Source: Phoronis australis (Eukaryota > Animalia > Phoronida). From it: a DNA stretch of 64,000 nucleotides. Within the stretch, counting starts at the first letter, position 1. Every line of letters starts with the position of its first letter. Both the position numbers and the translations under genes were made by a program. The notes under the pieces are model-generated. The model made no database searches, was not told the DNA's origin, and worked only from the letters and a program-made list of their open reading frames with translations. The DNA is taken from assembly GCA_002633005.1 (NCBI GenBank), contig NMRA01000048.1:562303-626302 (forward strand), written 5' to 3'. Shown piece by piece: positions 59,755-64,000 of the stretch.

Positions 59755-60673
59755 GTAATTTATTCGTTTCTTGAACATTTTGATGACGATATTGCTCCCT
59801 GTATGAGCTGAACAGTCTAACTATTACTCTTAGAATTAGATGAAACCATTACCTGTGGGAAAATTACGTACTCAATTTGATAGTAATCGTTGTGATCGAG
59901 TCGAGGGAGTCTGCAGTGGTACCCAGCCAGCTAGCGGTATCAAAATACAGCTAGGTACCACTGTGTGTTTTTCNATCTGCATTGAATAAATCTATGTTTT
60001 CGATTATTTTTGGAAGCTTTCCCAGATTTCCGTAAAACTTCCAGTCTCAGATTTGGAAATTCTGGGTATTAGAAACGGCATAAAAATTGGTGCTGTGAAT
60101 TCTGTTGAGATACGAAAAGATGTTATTGAAAGTATTTTTTGTCTGCATTAATTTAAACTAGCTCACCATTCTAACACAATGTGTCCTTTATCGATTACCA
60201 CAATTGCCACGTTGAAAAGCCAATTCCCTTTACAACTTGGATTATCACAGCCAGTCAGCCAGTGTAGCTGTAGCAGGTTCAGTGCACAAAAAATGAATTA
60301 GTATTCGGTGATACTATCGACTCTTCAAACCTTGCGACAGTACGCCTTTAGTTTAGCCGCTCAAACACGCTGTTCATTGGGTCCTTGGGCAGCTTTTTTT
60401 TTTAAATTGCTCTAACTTGACTGATCCCTCATTTCGTGCAATTTGGAGAGTGTTTACTTCCTGTATGAAATCCTCCTCCACTTGTGAAGACTCAGAAAAT
60501 TCCATTAACGCGCATGTCATCAATTGCATTATTAGGTCGCTAGGTGTCGCGAGAGTAAAAATTATTTTGCGACTGGGTCACGTTTGCGAGCGGGGATGGT
60601 TACCTTTTGCGTATACGTTCACTACGGTCTCTGGTCACACGATAAATGAGATTTTTCGGATGTAGTGGAACTG

Positions 60674-60847
60674 ATGGAGATGTCTGACTCTTTCCAAAGG
60701 CAAAAACGACAATGTTTGGATGCAGTTGATCTGAGTAGAAAGGGCAGTGTTGATTTACCAATCATTGATTTAGTCAACGAAATAAACACTCGGGATGCGT
60801 ATTTCACAAGGAGCTCATGCTCTGGACGAATAGCAGTAATTGAAAAT
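60674..60847 (+). CDS. TYW3: tRNA wybutosine-synthesizing protein 3, first coding exon (later exons not located in this window)
   Basis: MEMSDSFQRQKRQCLDAVDLSRKGSVDLPIIDLVNEINTRDAYFTRSSCSGRIAVIEN|gtaagc; DLSRKGSVD and SSCSGR are TYW3 signatures. Confidence 0.9.
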
Positions 60848-60878
60848 GTAAGCTTTGCTATTGCTAGTATTACTATTG

Positions 60879-61304
60879 TTGTAATAGTCAACATCATTCG
60901 TCCTTGTTCTTGTTGTAAATATGCTTCCGGGTGAATCATATGAGCCTCTGTTAGCTTCTCGCTAACGGGCAATTGCCTATTAGCTGAATGGTTTTATGGG
61001 GGGTCGCTGGTTCGATCCCCGGGTCGGATAACCTCGGCTATAGGCAATTACATTGCCCTGGATGCTGCAGGCATACGGGGCCCCTAAATGGCCAACCGGG
61101 TAGCTACGTGTTGCCTACCTCGGCTATTAAGTACTACGTCCTTGTCTTGTGCTGTCCTGTGATTCGTCTATTGCACCACTACAAATACATCGCCAAGTTC
61201 GGGAATTTGGCCTGTCAAATCTGGACCTTCAAGAAAGTTGGTTGTTTAGGCTTTCACTTGAGCCTTACATTGTAAGTAATCTCCGTGAGGCATAACTAGT
61301 GAAC
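60879..61304 (+). mobile_element. Dispersed repeat shared with 29521-29739, interrupted by a tRNA-derived SINE-like segment (~60975-61035)
   Basis: Shared blocks TTGTAATAGTCAACATCATTCGTCCTTGT, TGTGCTGTCCTGTGATTCGT and CTCCGTGAGGCATAACTAGTGAAC; B-box GGTTCGATCCC at ~61008. Confidence 0.6.
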
Positions 61305-64000
61305 TTGTGTAGAACAGTGGTGGATCTAGGATACCATAAGGGGGAGCAACATGTTGTCTCGGGGAATAGGGTAAAGTATGTGCAGCACAGGCCCGAAGTT
61401 GCGGGAGCTGGGTATGTGAACCATCTGCTTGGAATGTACCGGCTTGGAATGTACCGGGAACGCCGCGATCTGAGCCACCCCCTTCCCCGTGTCCTCAATA
61501 TTTCCTCGCACTTCACGCTGTTGCTGTTCCATTTTTGCTTACGGCAGCCAAGGGGGGNCAGGCCCCCTGGACCCCCACTAAAACCGCCTATGTGTAATAC
61601 AACAATTGGCATAGTTGTCACTAGGAAATGACATCACCCTGGATACCACAGGCGTACAGGAGGGCTACGTGTTTCCTAAGTCAACACTGGTTTTGTTCTT
61701 TCGGTGTGTATTTAATCGCTTTTCTAGACCACTTTTGTGCCTGGGCATTTCCTAGAATTCTGGTGGAAAGTTGGAAAGAAATACTGTTTACTGTTAGTAG
61801 TTTACTAGCCCGGTAGCCAAGTGGTTTCTTGGTTTTAACGTTGGGGTTCATCGGGGTTTTTAGGTTAAGGTTTATCTTGGTTTAGTTGGGGGTTATTTTT
61901 TGGTTGGGTGTGGTTTCCCGTACTATAGTTCCGGGGTTTAGACAGTGTTTTTTTTATAAACGCCAATTCATTCCCTAATACTTTGACTTTGACCCTGTTT
62001 ATTTATTTTTTATTGACATATATCAGTGGCGGATTTAGGGGGGGGGGGTCTAAGGGGGCCTAAAATTCTACCAGATACCATTTGGCTGTTCGGTTACGAA
62101 TTGCTGACTAGCATATGCGTGCATTCAGTGGAGCTCGGGGGGCAAATAAACAATGCATTGGCCTTGAACAAACCCCGTTTACCGGTTTTTTAGTAATAAG
62201 GTCCGCAAACCCAATAACTCGAGACCCCTACATAGGCTCGGTGCACGCATGTGCCGAAATTCTGGTTATTCCTATGCCCTGCCCCCCTCCTACCTCAAAA
62301 TCCTGGATCTGCCCCTATATGTTGCTTACAAACTTGATCATGTCAGTCAGTTTTTATATACCTATTAACCACTGTAGTGAGTCAGGGTTGTGGTCTTTGC
62401 TGGGAGTTGTCGAGGACAAAGTCTGTCAGATTGTTGACTTCCGTGAAAGGTGTCCCATCGCTCACTGGATTATCTGTGAGATATCTGATGATTGGGTGGT
62501 TACAAGTTTGATGACTGAGCGGGTGGACTACTCGAGATCATTAGCTCCCGTGGGGGGTTCCCAATACCCTTCAGAGGCGGGTAGGCGTGACAGTGGCATA
62601 AGTCCCGGCGACTCCATGTCTCCTGTTTGACCCAGAAGGTACTTGGAAATGTGGGATGTAGGCACGACAGAGGCATAAGTCCCGGCGATTCCACGTTTCA
62701 TGTTCTTCCCAGGGGGTACTCTGGAAATGGAGAAGGCAGTCGCAACAGAGGCGCAAGGAATGCAAGGGGATGTAAGGTGGATTCGCATGCTTCCCACAAT
62801 TTTGTTTTTAAGGGTGTGCAAAATGCCTGAGAAGATTTCCATTGGAAATTCACTCTAATTTGCTAAGCATAATTTATGGTGTGGGGATAAATGTCTGGCA
62901 GAGTTGAGTTTATGCTGTGAGGGTGATGCACTCCGCTTCCTCTGTAATTTTACACTCAAAGAAAGAACAATGATGCCACAGACACCAATGACTACCGGTA
63001 TGTAACCGTGCAGTAGTGGTAAAATTAGAGGTAAGTAGGCACCCAAAGCCCACTCTATCACCTTGAACAATGAACGTAACGTACGGTGCGTAGGCACTTC
63101 GTTCAAATGCCAAATGGTGTTTGGCTGCGCCTACGCCCCACTACAGCACTGCTATGTAATTGCCATTATCATCATCGTCACTGTCTTCATCATCATCAGA
63201 TGTTGATCAAGAGAGCCTCCTTGTCAATTGACCTCTGAGGTCAATCAACAAGAAAGCAAATGATCAGTCAAGAAAAGAATGGTTGAACTCAAGAACTGTA
63301 AAGTCTGAGCGATAAACTATGGACAGTGCATTTCTTATAGCTCCAGGTGTGACCTGTCCACAAATCAAATTTCAGATTGAGCCATCTAAGGTGGTCAAAG
63401 ACCATGAGAGAAATTTAAGAAAACGGTCATCACATCATCATACTGGATCTGATTTTATAAAAATGACAGAACAGTGTGCATATTTCATGCAAATTATTTG
63501 AAAGTTCTAGACAATAACCATGTTCTTAAACCCTGAGAAAACTTCGAGACTGCCAATACCAGAGTCTGGTGATAGTGCCAGTGCAGATGAAGAAAAGCTT
63601 ATGCTCCTTAAATGTCAAAGAAGTCAGTTCGTAGCTCACATCTGTGACAAAATAAACTATGAGGATTTTCCCACTGAGGCAAATGTCTCAGTTTGGGATA
63701 TCTTTTACTTGACGAACATAAATCCTCACAGCATGCGGGGTGGGGGGTGAGCTAAGTGCTTAGTCTTACTTTTGATAGCTAATGAAACTTAATTGTTGTA
63801 TCACCTTACAATAAACCACTTCCACTCGCTCAGTGTACTACATTTACACTGGTTACTACAAAGTTTGTTTGAGCGCCAATGACTTTTTTGCTTCGCAGCG
63901 TACGGGTAATTGACCTATCTCCAGGCTTATGACTGATGACTTAACTAACCAATCAGAATGCAGCATTCTCGACACACCTTCGTCAGCGTTTCCAAGCCGC

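Noticed and set aside
63930-64000. CTGATGA/CTGACGA hammerhead-like cores
   Set aside because: No stem II followed by GAAA within the window.

Overview
Eukaryotic, AT-rich, intron- and repeat-dense animal DNA. It is probably a marine invertebrate (inferred from repeat content and gene set only). I assembled five spliced GT-AG gene models by hand: (1) the 3' 12 exons of an annexin with four core repeats and a long charged/coiled-coil N-terminus (+, 685-13808, start upstream of the window); (2) a complete 9-exon GNPTG, GlcNAc-1-phosphotransferase gamma subunit (-, 30015-16129); (3,4) two tandem 3-exon NAD(P)H-dependent FMN/quinone reductases of the FMN_red (ChrR/Lot6-like) family (+, 30416-36997 and 48590-55027); (5) the first coding exon of TYW3 (+, 60674-60847). 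Mobile DNA includes a pol-less LTR element in GNPTG intron 1, a near-intact APE-RT LINE, a truncated L1/Tx1 with TSD, two Gypsy remnants, two Penelope remnants with hammerhead-like motifs, Helentron-like arrays with periodic CTCF-like motifs, MITEs, tRNA-derived SINEs and many minisatellites. The most notable observations are an in-frame 8x51-bp tandem array that multiplies an annexin splice donor, and Nrf2/CncC-type ARE motifs conserved in intron 1 of both reductase paralogs. An assembly gap lies at 46979-47845.
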